Origin: Leptogorgia sarmentosa
Taxonomy: Eukaryota
DNA length: 64,000 nt
NCBI GenBank assembly: GCA_964658305.1
Contig: OZ210885.1
Coordinates: forward strand, 1,984,001 to 2,048,000
Reading direction: 5' to 3'
Shown: piece by piece, positions 28,569 through 42,579 of the stretch
How positions within the stretch are numbered: the first letter of the stretch is position 1
Layout: each line of letters begins with the position of its first letter
Translations under genes and position numbers: made by a program
The notes under the pieces: generated by a model
Seen by the model: the letters and a program-made list of their open reading frames with translations, nothing else
Database searches by the model: none
Told to the model about the DNA's origin: nothing

Positions 28569-29567
28569 TTAAATGACTTGCATGCATGAGCGTAGAATGC
28601 TGTTGGAAGAGTGATTATCGATCGATTCAGCGACTGCTCTAAGACTACTCAAAAACTGGCAATGATTTCATAAGTCATGGTTTCTCATTATTTGATATGT
28701 ACTGTATGCTGGTGAAATTTCGCTTGGTGACGTAAGTTAACACGTCTATATACAATTGTCTCGCGAATTCAAAATTCTCACTCGCTGTTTTTAATTTACC
28801 TATAATTAAACTGACATCTATCTTGACATCCAAAATCAGGGGCGCACATTTGAAGAATTTCTTTTTGAATTTTCAATATTGAAATTTTGTTCAATATTGA
28901 ATAGCTATATTAAATATCCCCGGAAATGGCCATTTCAGAGTCGTAACTCTGCTCTTTCGACGGTTTGTTCAGGTGTTGAATGATCATGAAGGATTAAGAA
29001 AATCATCTCTTATTTAGTAGTTCGCCCATTTCCTCCATTCGCTCAATGACTCGCGGACGACTTATGAGACCGACAATTCTCACAATTTTGGATGAAATGT
29101 GGACGACATTCTCCGATACTTGAAAAGCTTGGGGGTGTCGCCCCCCCCCCCCACACCCCCTAATGTGCTCCCCTAACTACAATCAAGTACTTCGTGTTTT
29201 AAATGTATCCATTACAAGCCCATCTTTTACATATTCTTTTTTACAGAGAGTAAACTTTCAGAGTTTCTCAGCTTTTCCCTTTGAGCCCTTTCATGCCAGC
29301 AGTCCACGGTTTTGGCAGTCGTATGTCCTAATGTTAATCATATCTAGGTACCCACATAAACACAATGATAACTATGATTCCGGATAAACAGAAATTCCAG
29401 TGATCATCTTAGCTGTGATTCTCAATCTCTGAAATGAAAGAAAATCACAACTGAGGTTCATTTGAGGTGAATTTAGGGATACAATATGCTAATTTTTTCA
29501 TACCCATAGAGAAGACGGTATATTGATTTGTATATTGAATGTTTTTATCCTGACTTACCCCTTTTCA

Positions 29568-32500
29568 TTATATTGGAAAGCCAATCGTCTTTGTAATAAT
29601 GCTTGGACCATAATACCTTTCGTTTTGCACCTAATTGGAACAAATAAATCGTTTCATAACAAACGAGTTAACTTTACTCCGCAGCATGCAACACAAATCA
29701 ATGCACTACTGTAGATTCGCCAGCTGAAAACTGAACGTGGTTTAATACAGTGTCCTACTTGTTGACAAAAACAGACGTATTTACTTAGCTACGCAACTAT
29801 ATGTGAGATAATATCCTCTACAATCAATCATTCGTCTACAACAATCAATCATTCGTCTACAATCAATCATTCATCAACAATCAATCATTCGTCAACGTTT
29901 AATCATTCGTCTACAACAATCAATCATTCGTCTACAATCAATCATTCATCAACAATCAATCATTCGTCAACGTTTAATCATTCGTCAACAATCAATCAAT
30001 CATTCATCAACAATCAATCATTCGCCTACAATCAATCATTCGTCTACAATCAATCATTCATCAACAATCAATAATTCGTCTACAATCAATCAATCATTCA
30101 TCAACAATCAATCATTCGTCTACAATCAATCATTCATCAACAATCAATAATTCGTCTACAATCAATCATTCATCAACAATCAATCATTCGTCTACAATCA
30201 ATCATTCGTCAACAATCAATCATTCGTCAACAATCAATCATTCGTCAACAATCAATCATTCGTCAACAATCAATCATTCGTCTACAATCAATCATTCGTC
30301 AACAATCAATCATTCGTCAACGTTTAATCATTCGTCAACAATCAATCAATCATTCATCAACAATCAATCATTCGTCTACAATCAATCATTCGTCTACAAT
30401 CAATCATTCATCAACAATCAATCATTCGTCAACGTTTAATCATTCGTCAACAATCAATCAATCATTCATCAACAATCAATCATTCGTCTACAATCAATCA
30501 TTCGTCTACAATCAATCATTCATCAACAATCAATAATTCGTCAACAATCAATCAATCATTCATCAACAATCAATCATTCGTCTACAATCAATCATTCATC
30601 AACAATCAATAATTCGTCTACAATCAATCATTCATCAACAATCAATCATTCGTCTACAATCAATCATTCGTCAACAATCAATCATTCGTCTACAATCAAT
30701 CATTCGTCTACAATCAATCATTCATCAACAATCAATCATTCGTCAACGTTTAATCATTCGTCAACAATCAATCAATCATTCATCAACAATCAATCATTCG
30801 TCTACAATCAATCATTCGTCTACAATCAATCATTCATCAACAATCAATAATTCGTCAACAATCAATCAATCATTCATCAACAATCAATCATTCATCTACA
30901 ATCAATCATTCATCAACAATCAATAATTCGTCTACAATCAATCATTCATCAACAATCAATAATTCGTCTACAATCAATCATTCATCAACAATCAATCATT
31001 CGTCTACAATCAATCATTCGTCAACAATCAATCATTCGTCTACAATCAATCATTCGTCAACAATCAATCATTCGTCAACAATCAATCATTCGTCAACAAT
31101 CAATCATTCGTCTACAATCAATCATTCGTCAACAATCAATCATTCGTCTACAATCAATCATTCGTCAACAATCAATCATTCGTCAACAATCAATCATTCG
31201 TCAACAATCAATCATTCGTCAACAATCAATCATTCGTCTACAATCAATCATTCGTCAACAATCAATCATTCGTCTACAATCAATCATTCGTCAACAATCA
31301 ATCATTCGTCAACAATCAATCATTCGTCAACAATCAATCATTCGTCTACAATCAATCATTCGTCAACAATCAATCATTCGTCTACAATCAATCATTCGTC
31401 AACAATCAATCATTCGTCAACGTTTAATCATTCGTCAACAATCAATCAATCAATCATTCATCAACAATCAATCATTCGTCTACAATCAATCATTCGTCTA
31501 CAATCAATCATTCATCAACAATCAATCATTCGTCAACGTTTAATCATTCGTCAACAATCAATCAATCATTCATCAACAATCAATCATTCGTCTACAATCA
31601 ATCATTCGTCTACAATCAATCATTCATCAACAATCAATAATTCGTCAACAATCAATCAATCATTCATCAACAATCAATCATTCGTCTACAATCAATCATT
31701 CATCAACAATCAATAATTCGTCTACAATCAATCATTCATCAACAATCAATCATTCGTCTACAATCAATCATTCGTCAACAATCAATCATTCGTCTACAAT
31801 CAATCATTCGTCTACAATCAATCATTCATCAACAATCAATCATTCGTCAACGTTTAATCATTCGTCAACAATCAATCAATCATTCATCAACAATCAATCA
31901 TTCGTCTACAATCAATCATTCGTCTACAATCAATCATTCATCAACAATCAATAATTCGTCAACAATCAATCAATCATTCATCAACAATCAATCATTCGTC
32001 TACAATCAATCATTCATCAACAATCAATAATTCGTCTACAATCAATCATTCATCAACAATCAATAATTCGTCTACAATCAATCATTCAGCAACAATCAAT
32101 CATTCGTCTACAATCAATCATTCGTCAACAATCAATCATTCGTCTACAATCAATCATTCGTCAACAATCAATCATTCGTCAACAATCAATCATTCGTCAA
32201 CAATCAATCATTCGTCTACAATCAATCATTCGTCAACAATCAATCATTCGTCTACAATCAATCATTCGTCAACAATCAATCATTCGTCTACAATCAATCA
32301 TTCATCAACAATCAATCATTCGTCAACGTTTAATCATTCGTCAACAATCAATCAATCATTCATCAACAATCAATCATTCGCCTACAATCAATCATTCGTC
32401 TACAATCAATCATTCATCAACAATCAATAATTCGTCTACAATCAATCAATCATTCATCAACAATCAATCATTCGTCTACAATCAATCATTCGTCAACAAT

Positions 32501-35500
32501 CAATCATTCGTCTACAATCAATCATTCGTCAACAATCAATCACTCGTCAACAATCAATCATTCGTCAACAATCAATCATTCGTCTACAATCAATCATTCG
32601 TCAACAATCAATCATTCGTCTACAATCAATCATTCGTCAACAATCAATCATTCGTGAACGTTTAATCATTCGTCAACAATCAATCAATCATTCATCAACA
32701 ATCAATCATTCGTCTACAATCAATCATTCGTCTACAATCAATCATTCATCAACAATCAATCATTCGTCAACGTTTAATCATTCGTCAACAATCAATCAAT
32801 CATTCATCAACAATCAATCATTCGTCTACAATCAATCATTCGTCTACAATCAATCATTCATCAACAATCAATAATTCGTCAACAATCAATCAATCATTCA
32901 TCAACAATCAATCATTCGTCTACAATCAATCATTCATCAACAATCAATAATTCGTCTACAATCAATCATTCATCAACAATCAATCATTCGTCTACAATCA
33001 ATCATTCGTCAACAATCAATCATTCGTCTACAATCAATCATTCGTCTACAATCAATCATTCATCAACAATCAATCATTCGTCAACGTTTAATCATTCGTC
33101 AACAATCAAGCAATCATTCATCAACAATCAATCATTCGTCTACAATCAATCATTCGTCTACAATCAATCATTCATCAACAATCAATAATTCGTCAACAAT
33201 CAATCAATCATTCATCAACAATCAATCATTCGTCTACAATCAATCATTCGTCAACAATCAATCATTCGTCTACAATCAATCATTCGTCAACAATCAATCA
33301 TTCGTCAACAATCAATCATTCGTCAACAATCAATCATTCGTCTACAATCAATCATTCGTCAACAATCAATCATTCGTCTACAATCAATCATTCGTCAACA
33401 ATCAATCATTCGTCAACAATCAATCATTCGTCAACAATCAATCATTCGTCAACAATCAATCATTCGTCTACAATCAATCATTCGTCAACAATCAATCATT
33501 CGTCTACAATCAATCATTCGTCAACAATCAATCATTCGTCAACAATCAATCATTCGTCAACAATCAATCATTCGTCAACAATCAATCATTCGTCAACAAT
33601 CAATCATTCGTCAACAATCAATCATTCGTCAACAATCAATCATTCGTCTACAATCAATCATTCGTCAACAATCAATCATTCGTCAACAATCAATCATTCG
33701 TCAACAATCAATCATTCGTCAACAATCAATCATTCGTCAACAATCAATCAATCATTCGTCAACAATCAATCATTCGTCAACAATCAATCATTCGTCAACA
33801 ATCAATCATTCGTCTACAATCAATCATTCGTCAACAATCAATCATTCGTCAACAATCAATCATTCGTCAACAATCAATCATTCGTCAACAATCAATCATT
33901 CGTCTACAATCAATCATTCGTCTACAATCAATCATTCGTCTACAATCAATCATTCGTCTACAATCAATCATTCGTCAACAATCAATCATTCGTCAACAAT
34001 CAATCATTCGTCAACAATCAATCATTCGTCAACAATCAATCATTCGTCAACAATCAATCATTCGTCAACAATCAATCATTCGTCTACAATCAATCATTCG
34101 TCAACAATCAATCATTCGTCAACAATCAATCATTCGTCAACAATCAATCATTCGTCAACAATCAATCATTCGTCTACAATCAATCATTCGTCAACAATCA
34201 ATCATTCGTCAACAATCAATCATTCGTCAACAATCAATCATTCGTCAACAATCAATCATTCGTCAACAATCAATCATTCGTCAACAATCAATCATTCGTC
34301 AACAATCAATCATTCGTCAACAATCAATCATTCGTCAACAATCAATCATTCGTCAACAATCAATCATTCGTCAACAATCAATCATTCGTCTACAATCAAT
34401 CATTCGTCAACAATCAATCATTCGTCAACAATCAATCATTCGTCAACAATCAATCATTCGTCAACAATCAATCATTCGTCTACAATCAATCATTCGTCAA
34501 CAATCAATCATTCGTCAACAATCAATCATTCGTCAACAATCAATCATTCGTCAACAATCAATCATTCGTCAACAATCAATCATTCGTCAACAATCAATCA
34601 TTCGTCAACAATCAATCATTCGTCAACAATCAATCATTCGTCTACAATCAATCATTCGTCAACAATCAATCATTCGTCAACAATCAATCATTCGTCAACA
34701 ATCAATCATTCGTCAACAATCAATCATTCGTCAACAATCAATCATTCGTCAACAATCAATCATTCGTCAACAATCAATCATTCGTCAACAATCAATCATT
34801 CGTCAACAATCAATCATTCGTCAACAATCAATCATTCGTCAACAATCAATCATTCGTCTACAATCAATCATTCGTCAACAATCAATCATTCGTCAACAAT
34901 CAATCATTCGTCAACAATCAATCATTCGTCAACAATCAATCATTCGTCTACAATCAATCATTCGTCAACAATCAATCATTCGTCAACAATCAATCATTCG
35001 TCAACAATCAATCATTCGTCAACAATCAATCATTCGTCAACAATCAATCATTCGTCAACAATCAATCATTCGTCAACAATCAATCATTCGTCAACAATCA
35101 ATCATTCGTCTACAATCAATCATTCGTCAACAATCAATCATTCGTCAACAATCAATCATTCGTCAACAATCAATCATTCGTCTACAATCAATCATTCGTC
35201 TACAATCAATCATTCGTCTACAATCAATCATTCGTCAACAATCAATCATTCAATCGGAACATCCAAGAAGTGCGTACGAACTTCTGACTTTCCACCTCAA
35301 TGGGTTCTGGGCTCCAACCTTTATTAATGCGTTGTAAGCCGCTGTACTCATTTTTGAACTACCCTCGTCTTGAATGGCAATCAAAACTACCAGTCTGAAA
35401 TAGAATTTGAGTTATGTTGGCGCAATACTATTAGGAATTATAGGCGACTGCTTTGAAACAATATATTCCAGGTAAGGAATATGAGATTTACATCCAATTA

Positions 35501-38500
35501 TAACTATAAAAATATTATTTTGACGAATTAGGCTTTAAAAAACATTGGTGTGAGAGGAAGGCCTGAAAAACAGGTATCTCCATCGAGCAAAGAGATAAAA
35601 TCTCGTCGTTCTCTGTTCCACTAGATCTAGAAACATAACTGTATGACGTTATAATATGGAAAGAACAAAATTAATAATTAGCTACGGAATTTGAATCGCC
35701 TTGGTAAACTAAGGATTTTGTACGTCGTTTTCGAACTGATGTGAATTTTTAAAAAATATAATACAGTATAATGATATCATTTTTCTTCCATTACCTTGGC
35801 GCTATAGTGTCCAGGAAATTAATCATGCGGTCATCAGCGTTGTCATCTTCGTGTGTGTCAAACGATACAGATTTTTGGACAATTCCTGCCAAAAATTACG
35901 TAATTTGATAGCATTATTAGCCTGTTGATTTTATTGGGTTTCAACTTTTATGTATTGCACGTTTTAGAAATCGTTTTTTATATGCAGGATGATTTCTAGA
36001 TCGGAACTAAAAAACTTATCTACGAACATGATAGAACTGTTTCATGGCGGTCGAACTTGAAAACAGTGACGAATTAACAAGTTTGTTACAACGTGACTCG
36101 AACGTTGAACAAAATGTGACTTCAAAATCGCTTTTTCTTCTATTTTTCAAGTCGGAATTATACTTTGACATTCTCGGCGAAATGTTCAGGGCGGGACGCC
36201 ATGCCATGCCAAAATACCTGTATCGGCATTGATGGTGACCAAGTTGTAACCACGACCATGTCGAGAGTAGTTTTTTCCGTTCACCTGAATAATTCCAAAA
36301 CCACAATTTCCTGAGAGTCCTGGATCATCGCAACCTTCACTCCTTATGTAAATATCCAGGTATCCTGCAAAACGATGTCACAAATGCGGCCTGAATCGAG
36401 CAGATTGAATGTAATTCTGGTCTAATAATTCATTGTTATTAAATTTATTAATAATGCTACGTTGCCTAAAATGTTGTGAATACTGCCTTTGAAAGAAGAT
36501 TATTTATAGAAAAGTAAAACTACTGATCAAATTACCACAAAGTATGACCAAAAGTTTTGGTTGCTGTATAAGAGTATTTTCATAAAAACAAAACAACGGG
36601 CACTTTGGAAATTGAAAACATTTTAATACTTTATGTTTCGACCATAAGTTTTGGCAAAAATCAAAATAAATTACATCCATCGAATGAAATTTCGACGATT
36701 AACCTCAAGAGGTTTGAAGTAAGACTTAAGAACTGTTCTCAATCCACTGGAAACAAGTCACAGACATTGCAAGGCAAGCAAGCATTCAAAAGGTCATCTG
36801 TCACAGATCCGACAATATTCAAATACCAAAACAAATAAATCCCAATCCTTGCACTAAAATCCTTTTCAGTTGAAATGAGTGCATTTCAAAGCTCTGCTAA
36901 TGGTTCTCTTTATTAATCATAGCAACATAAAATATTTTTTGAAGACTGCACTCCCCCCCCCCCCCCTCCCCCCGATAGAGCGCCGCCTTTGAGCAAGCGC
37001 TGCATCTGAGACACTGAAAATTTAAAGAGCGCCGCGGTGCTTGAACGTCGAGCAAATACGGCAGTAATTTAAACATTATACATGAAGCTCGATAAATGAA
37101 ACAGATCGATAATTGGGGGATAATGAGTTCTTGTTGGAACAAAAATGACTTTTTTATTTATAGCTATATACCTGCTATATTGTCCTTTGATGATGTTGAT
37201 TCCTACAGCAAAAAAAGGAGTGTTTTCACCCAATCGACAGTTCGTGTCTAGTAACGAATTTGCAACGACATGCTGTCATTGCATGATATAAGATCGTGTC
37301 ATAATTAAAATAGCCGTCTTACTACAAACAAACTTATATACATTACATCACAATGGTCAATTATTTTCATAGCTTCACACATGCATAATTAAAGTAGAAA
37401 ATGTATTTGGGCCTAATTAAGAATTTATGACTTGCAGCTTTTAGACAAATCCAGTATGAAAAATAATAAAAAATCTGTATTATTACTCACAGTTTTTACA
37501 TTTTCATAAAAAGACCACTCTCCACTTGTATGATCTTCTTTTCGTTGATCGATTTGAGTTTTGTTGCTGAGTTGGCAGTTTACTGCATATTTATTAGAGT
37601 TGGGGCGGTAGTTGTAAGCCACACAGGTTGATTTTTGAAGACACCATAAAGAACATTCAACTTCGGAATGAACAGCGTGACTGGATATGATATCTTCTGG
37701 GGCCAATGACTCCGCTGTTTTATAAAAACGAATTTCTTGTTGTCAATAAATATCCATTGTACTGCTGGAACATTGTATAAGATGCTGTGTATATCATCTC
37801 GCGTAACCAGGATTAAATGAAGCGTAAAATGATTTTGAGGTATTGAGATGAGTCATCGCATGAAACGAAACAAAACGTATTACGCAAGATCCATCTGCAT
37901 GGTACTATGAACAATGAAACAGGTAAATTTTATAAAATTCAATGCCCAACAACATTATTTAGTTTTATCTGTTCAACATTTGAGCAGAAATTTCGGAAGA
38001 AATGACAACAATAAAAAACTGTATAATATGACTCATTTCAATACTTCAAAATCATTTTGCTCATCATTATCAATCGATTTAATTCAAGGTAAGAGGATCA
38101 TATAAGCAGCATGTAAAAAGATGGATAATTGAGGAGGCACATGCTCAAATATTCGTATTCACAGATCATAAAAACAACCGGTTTTAAAAAAATAATTATG
38201 GAGCTCACGAATAATATGCTAATATGAATGTGCCCCCCACATAACATAAATCTTCCTACCGCATTGGTAGTACTGATATCATGCACTTGACATCTGTGAT
38301 AGAAATAATATTTTTCATGACGTATAGGCAGCTGTAGACAAAAAAAAATAGCAAAAACACAGGTCCATATTCTTAGTTAACGTTTTACACTTACCATGAT
38401 CTGTTACTTTCCTAGAATATTTTTGAGAATTCCAAAATGAGTCTGATTTGTATCCGCCAACTGAGACAAAAAAAGGAAGAATATCGAACAAGAATAAACA

Positions 38501-38518
38501 CAATGTGATGGAAACCAT
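29568..38518 (-). pseudogene. G5: PAN/Apple + ILEI paralogue with exon 6 truncated by a 5.4-kb satellite
   Basis: Exons 38518-38395, 37714-37491, 37202-37172, 36364-36218, 35885-35795, 35394-~35260 (runs ...SYALLGCSD* into the satellite, stop at 35250-35252), and an intact orphan last exon 29630-29568 (VQNERYYGPSIITKTIGFPI*). Confidence 0.8.
29817..35255. repeat. 5.4-kb minisatellite, 18-bp unit ACAATCAATCATTCGTC(A/T), about 300 copies
   Basis: Direct reading; variant units include CATC, AATAATT, CGTTTAATC and an extra AATC. Confidence 0.98.
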
Positions 38519-41500
38519 TGTCACTGCTTGGATATATATGATATATCAATTGTGTATTCAAGCCCAAAGACAAGTAGTAATTTGATTAAGCCGAATCAAT
38601 ATTGCAGGCAGGTGGAAATGTACGTAGACGTGCTTTATTTATAATTAATAATTAAATATACAAACTTTTATATGACCTGAAATTACCGCAGGCTGATCCG
38701 TGGAATTGCTTACACATTTTCATGTGCCTTTTTTGTTTCTATTTTTTATTTTGGTCTTTACACCCTCGATCTATCTCCACATGCAAAACGCTGAATATTC
38801 AAATTTGGACCGATAGTTCATTGTCATGTTGGAATATTCTTAGCATTCTAAAATGTCCTTTAAGCCAAAACATCTTGATCATGAATAATTATTTTTTTGT
38901 CATGGCAACTGTGATATTGTGACAAACTACAATCGGAGTTTGGATTATATTACTTTCAAATTGCAATCGACGTCTCCAATCAAGCGAGCTTGATCTTCCA
39001 AAACTGGGACCGGCTCCGTTCTGTGTTAGCAGTGTCCAGTCATATCTAAATCGCATTCCCATCTGTGATTTAGGAATGAACTGTATCCATCCGAATATGT
39101 AAGCAAGCCATGTCCTTTTAAATTTGAAAATATGTGTGAATAGGCAGGGGCAGCGGAAGATCGATAATGGGGAGGGGCTTATTATATATTCGTGTTCATA
39201 GACCTTGGTCAACCTTGGTCAACCTTGGTCAAACACTGAAATTACTATTACTATTAGAGTACTGAAACAGCTTCATTACAAATACCAAAATTCTGAAATT
39301 GAAATTTTTATTAAACATTCTTGCATGTTATTTGTACACACTTTTCCATGTACAACGAAAACATTTTCTCACACAAAGTGTGTACAAGGACACGCTATTT
39401 AAATGCGCAGGTGTTCCCTGAATGAAAATATCAAGAGTGAGCTAATAGTGCCAAAAAAGAGTAGCAATTAAAGAGTATTCAACCCGTTCCGATTTCAGAG
39501 GTGGAACTGAACATTTAGTAGGCATTATTACAAGCGGTCCGTAAAAACCCATATCCGGACCGTGGTCCGTATTTTCCGTATCTTGACCGGTTCTCCGGAT
39601 GTTGTTTCTGGCTGGAAATTTCGCTTTTCAAGCAGAAAAGATTTTCACTTTTTAATTTTCCAATTTAAAATTTACAGACAAAAAATTCAAACAGCCCAGT
39701 TATTTTATTGAGCATGTATGTCTACCGTATACTTTAAGTGAAACTGATGACAGCCGATTTAACTCGCGCGAAATACATATGCTCAAAACTCAATTCAGCC
39801 ACATATAGGATAAACGGATTATTGACTTCACTTGTTCAGTCTGTACTGTGAAATATCAGGCCTCTTTTTTTGCATTGACCTCGCTCCCCATATTAAAAAA
39901 CCTCGGTCTGATATTTCACAGTACAGACCTCACGTTCGGTCAATAACCCTTTGTTATTGCACAAGCAGCATACTGTACGTTTTTCATTTACCTAAAAACA
40001 CTAAAACAGTTACGTACTATATAGCGATTTTCAACTAAATAGACTATAAACACAACGATACTGATAACTCCACAGGAGAGGAAGACCCAGGGCCATCATT
40101 TCAGTGATTCTACCGTACATTTCTAAGGGGAAAAAATTACATTTATCAGTATAGTTCGCGCATTTTGTTGATAATACTTGAAAGCTCACCGTTTCTTATT
40201 ATGTTACTGGAAAACTGATCAGCTTGGCAATGATGCTTGGACCTTTGTATCTTTCGTTTTGAACCTTTGAAAAATAGATTTAGTTGTAGCTAACTGATTT
40301 TTTCCAATGCACATGAATCAAGTTTTCTTCAAAGAATGAAGCCAGTATTCTGCAAAATGTTGTGTGTGCTGATAACAGGTGAGTCCAACGTTAACACGAC
40401 ACGTTCAAATTTGATTGCTTCAGAGGCACGCGGTCACCTTTGAGCGATGTGATATAGTGGGCATGAAATTTGTTTTTGTTCACGAACATTTCCAAATTTG
40501 TGCAGTAACAACAACAGTGGGTCACACTAAATATTAATTTTAAATATATGAGTTTTAAAATATCTTCAGTTCTGATCTCCAAACTCGATAAATATACTAA
40601 ATTACGGTGTTGTTATTGTCGCGACGGCGTAAAAACGATGAAGACAACTTAATTCTCGTTTCACGGAGCAATCACGGCTCACCACAGCAATTATTGGCCA
40701 TTCACGGCTCAAGAAAACACTCTTTACCACCCTCATTTAAGGCTATATTTTTTTTACTAAGTATTAACTTACATGTAAAAAACTACCTAACCGGTGTCAG
40801 TATAAAACTGCACTAGGTGAGTTACTCTCGTGGTAGCAGTAAAAAAGATATGGCTTATCCAGCTGGATAAACCATCATCTTACCTGAGTTATAAAATTAG
40901 GCGCTCCGGGTCCTGACCATCCAAGAAGTGCGTACGAGCTACGCAAGTTCCCTTTCAATGGGTTCTCAGCTCCAAAATTCTTCAATGCTTCATAGGAAGT
41001 TTCGTTCATTCTGTTGCTACCATCGTCTTGAATCGAAAACAAAACTAATCGTCTGAAATACAATTGGAATCATGGTGAGACAAAATAAAAATGTAACGAT
41101 TTAGTTTGCACCTATGGAAAATAGTAATTATATTTATACGGGGAGACAATGTAATTGCATACTTGAAAGCTCTCGCCTTTTATATAATCAGTAACAGAGA
41201 ATACAAACCACATTCATTTTTTATGAGTCAATTATCAGATGCAGCCGCAATGAATGAACGCTTGTGCCAACATGCACTTTTTTATACACCTTGTATATGC
41301 ATGTATATAGGTATTAATGTTCTATTAATTTATTTAGACAATTTAGGAATTCAAAAAAAACTTCGACCTGTTTGAAGTTTTAATGACTCAACTGTCGCCT
41401 TTTAGAACGCATAATTTTTCATCTTTCACCTCATGAAAATACTTTTACCATTCATATTATGCACTCTATAAAGATTCATTTGCACCACATACCTGGGTGC

Positions 41501-42579
41501 TATGGAATTTAGCAACGCAATCATCCGATCATCTGCGTTTTCATCTCCGTATGTGTCGAAAGTTTCAGCTTGCTCGACGACGCCTACAAAAATTATGTAA
41601 CTTTATGAGTCATGACGTCATTATAGGTGGTCAATAGATTGATAAACATAATTTGTGCGAAATTGCCAAGAATTCTAATGTAAAATTTATATACCCAATA
41701 GCAGGAGAAGTAAGCTTGCGATTAATCTAAACCTACACCATCCACTGCATATTTATCCAGGTGATCCAGATAACATGTTTTATCCACTAGAATGGTACAT
41801 TTTAGATAATTGCGTCATTCGGCGTGGAACCTTGATCTCAGTCAATGGCTCTCTGTTATTTAACAATCATTGAATTCGGTTATCGTACGAAACGAAGAAT
41901 TATCAAGCCCGAAGTTGCCGTTATCAACGTTATCTTAATTTCATTTTATTATTTATTCAAAATATTCAAAAGTTTTTAGTAGCTACATTTCGCACCTGCG
42001 TGTTAAATTCTTCAAAATAATATAAACTTCTACTCTAGAAAAAAATTCTTACGATCTCTTTTCAAAGTACTCTTCCAATCCATGCAACGATCGTTGTTTT
42101 TGTTTGATTTTTACAGGGATTTTTTTCGCATTTTTTGTCCAAATAGATGCGAATAGACGCCATGTTGTTTTTGTTCCTGTTTTTCAGGACCCCACTGAAA
42201 AACACTTCGGTGACGTGGGTATCCTGACTAAATATCAACATAATAATAATAATAATGGCAGCGAGTCAACGTAATTCTCGTCGTAATAGTGATATGACGA
42301 AAATATGACAATTTTTTTTCGTATTGACTCTTTGACGTCATTATTTTGATATGAATGTGAAAAATCCTTAGCTGTTTAGTTGATATGAGAAATTCACTGT
42401 TCGATCGCTGTTAGCCAAATCGGGAACGAGAAATATTTTAAATAAATAATAATTACTATTAAAAGAAGACTCCGAGGCTAGAAAAGTACTTAGACGGCAA
42501 TCATTCAAGTATGAATACAGGGTGTCCAAAAATAAATAGAACCTGCATAAATTAATTGTGCATTCGATAAAAATTTTAT
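36259..42579. repeat. Segmental duplication copy B (pairs with ~258-6628)
   Basis: Same sequence and order as 258-6628 with scattered SNPs and indels. Confidence 0.95.

Noticed and set aside
33750..35250. Long stop-free plus-strand frames in the satellite (TINHSS / QSIIRQ / NQSFVN repeats)
   Set aside because: Automatic result of a stop-free 18-mer; no ATG or splice context, and frame-breaking 4-bp insertions occur elsewhere in the array.
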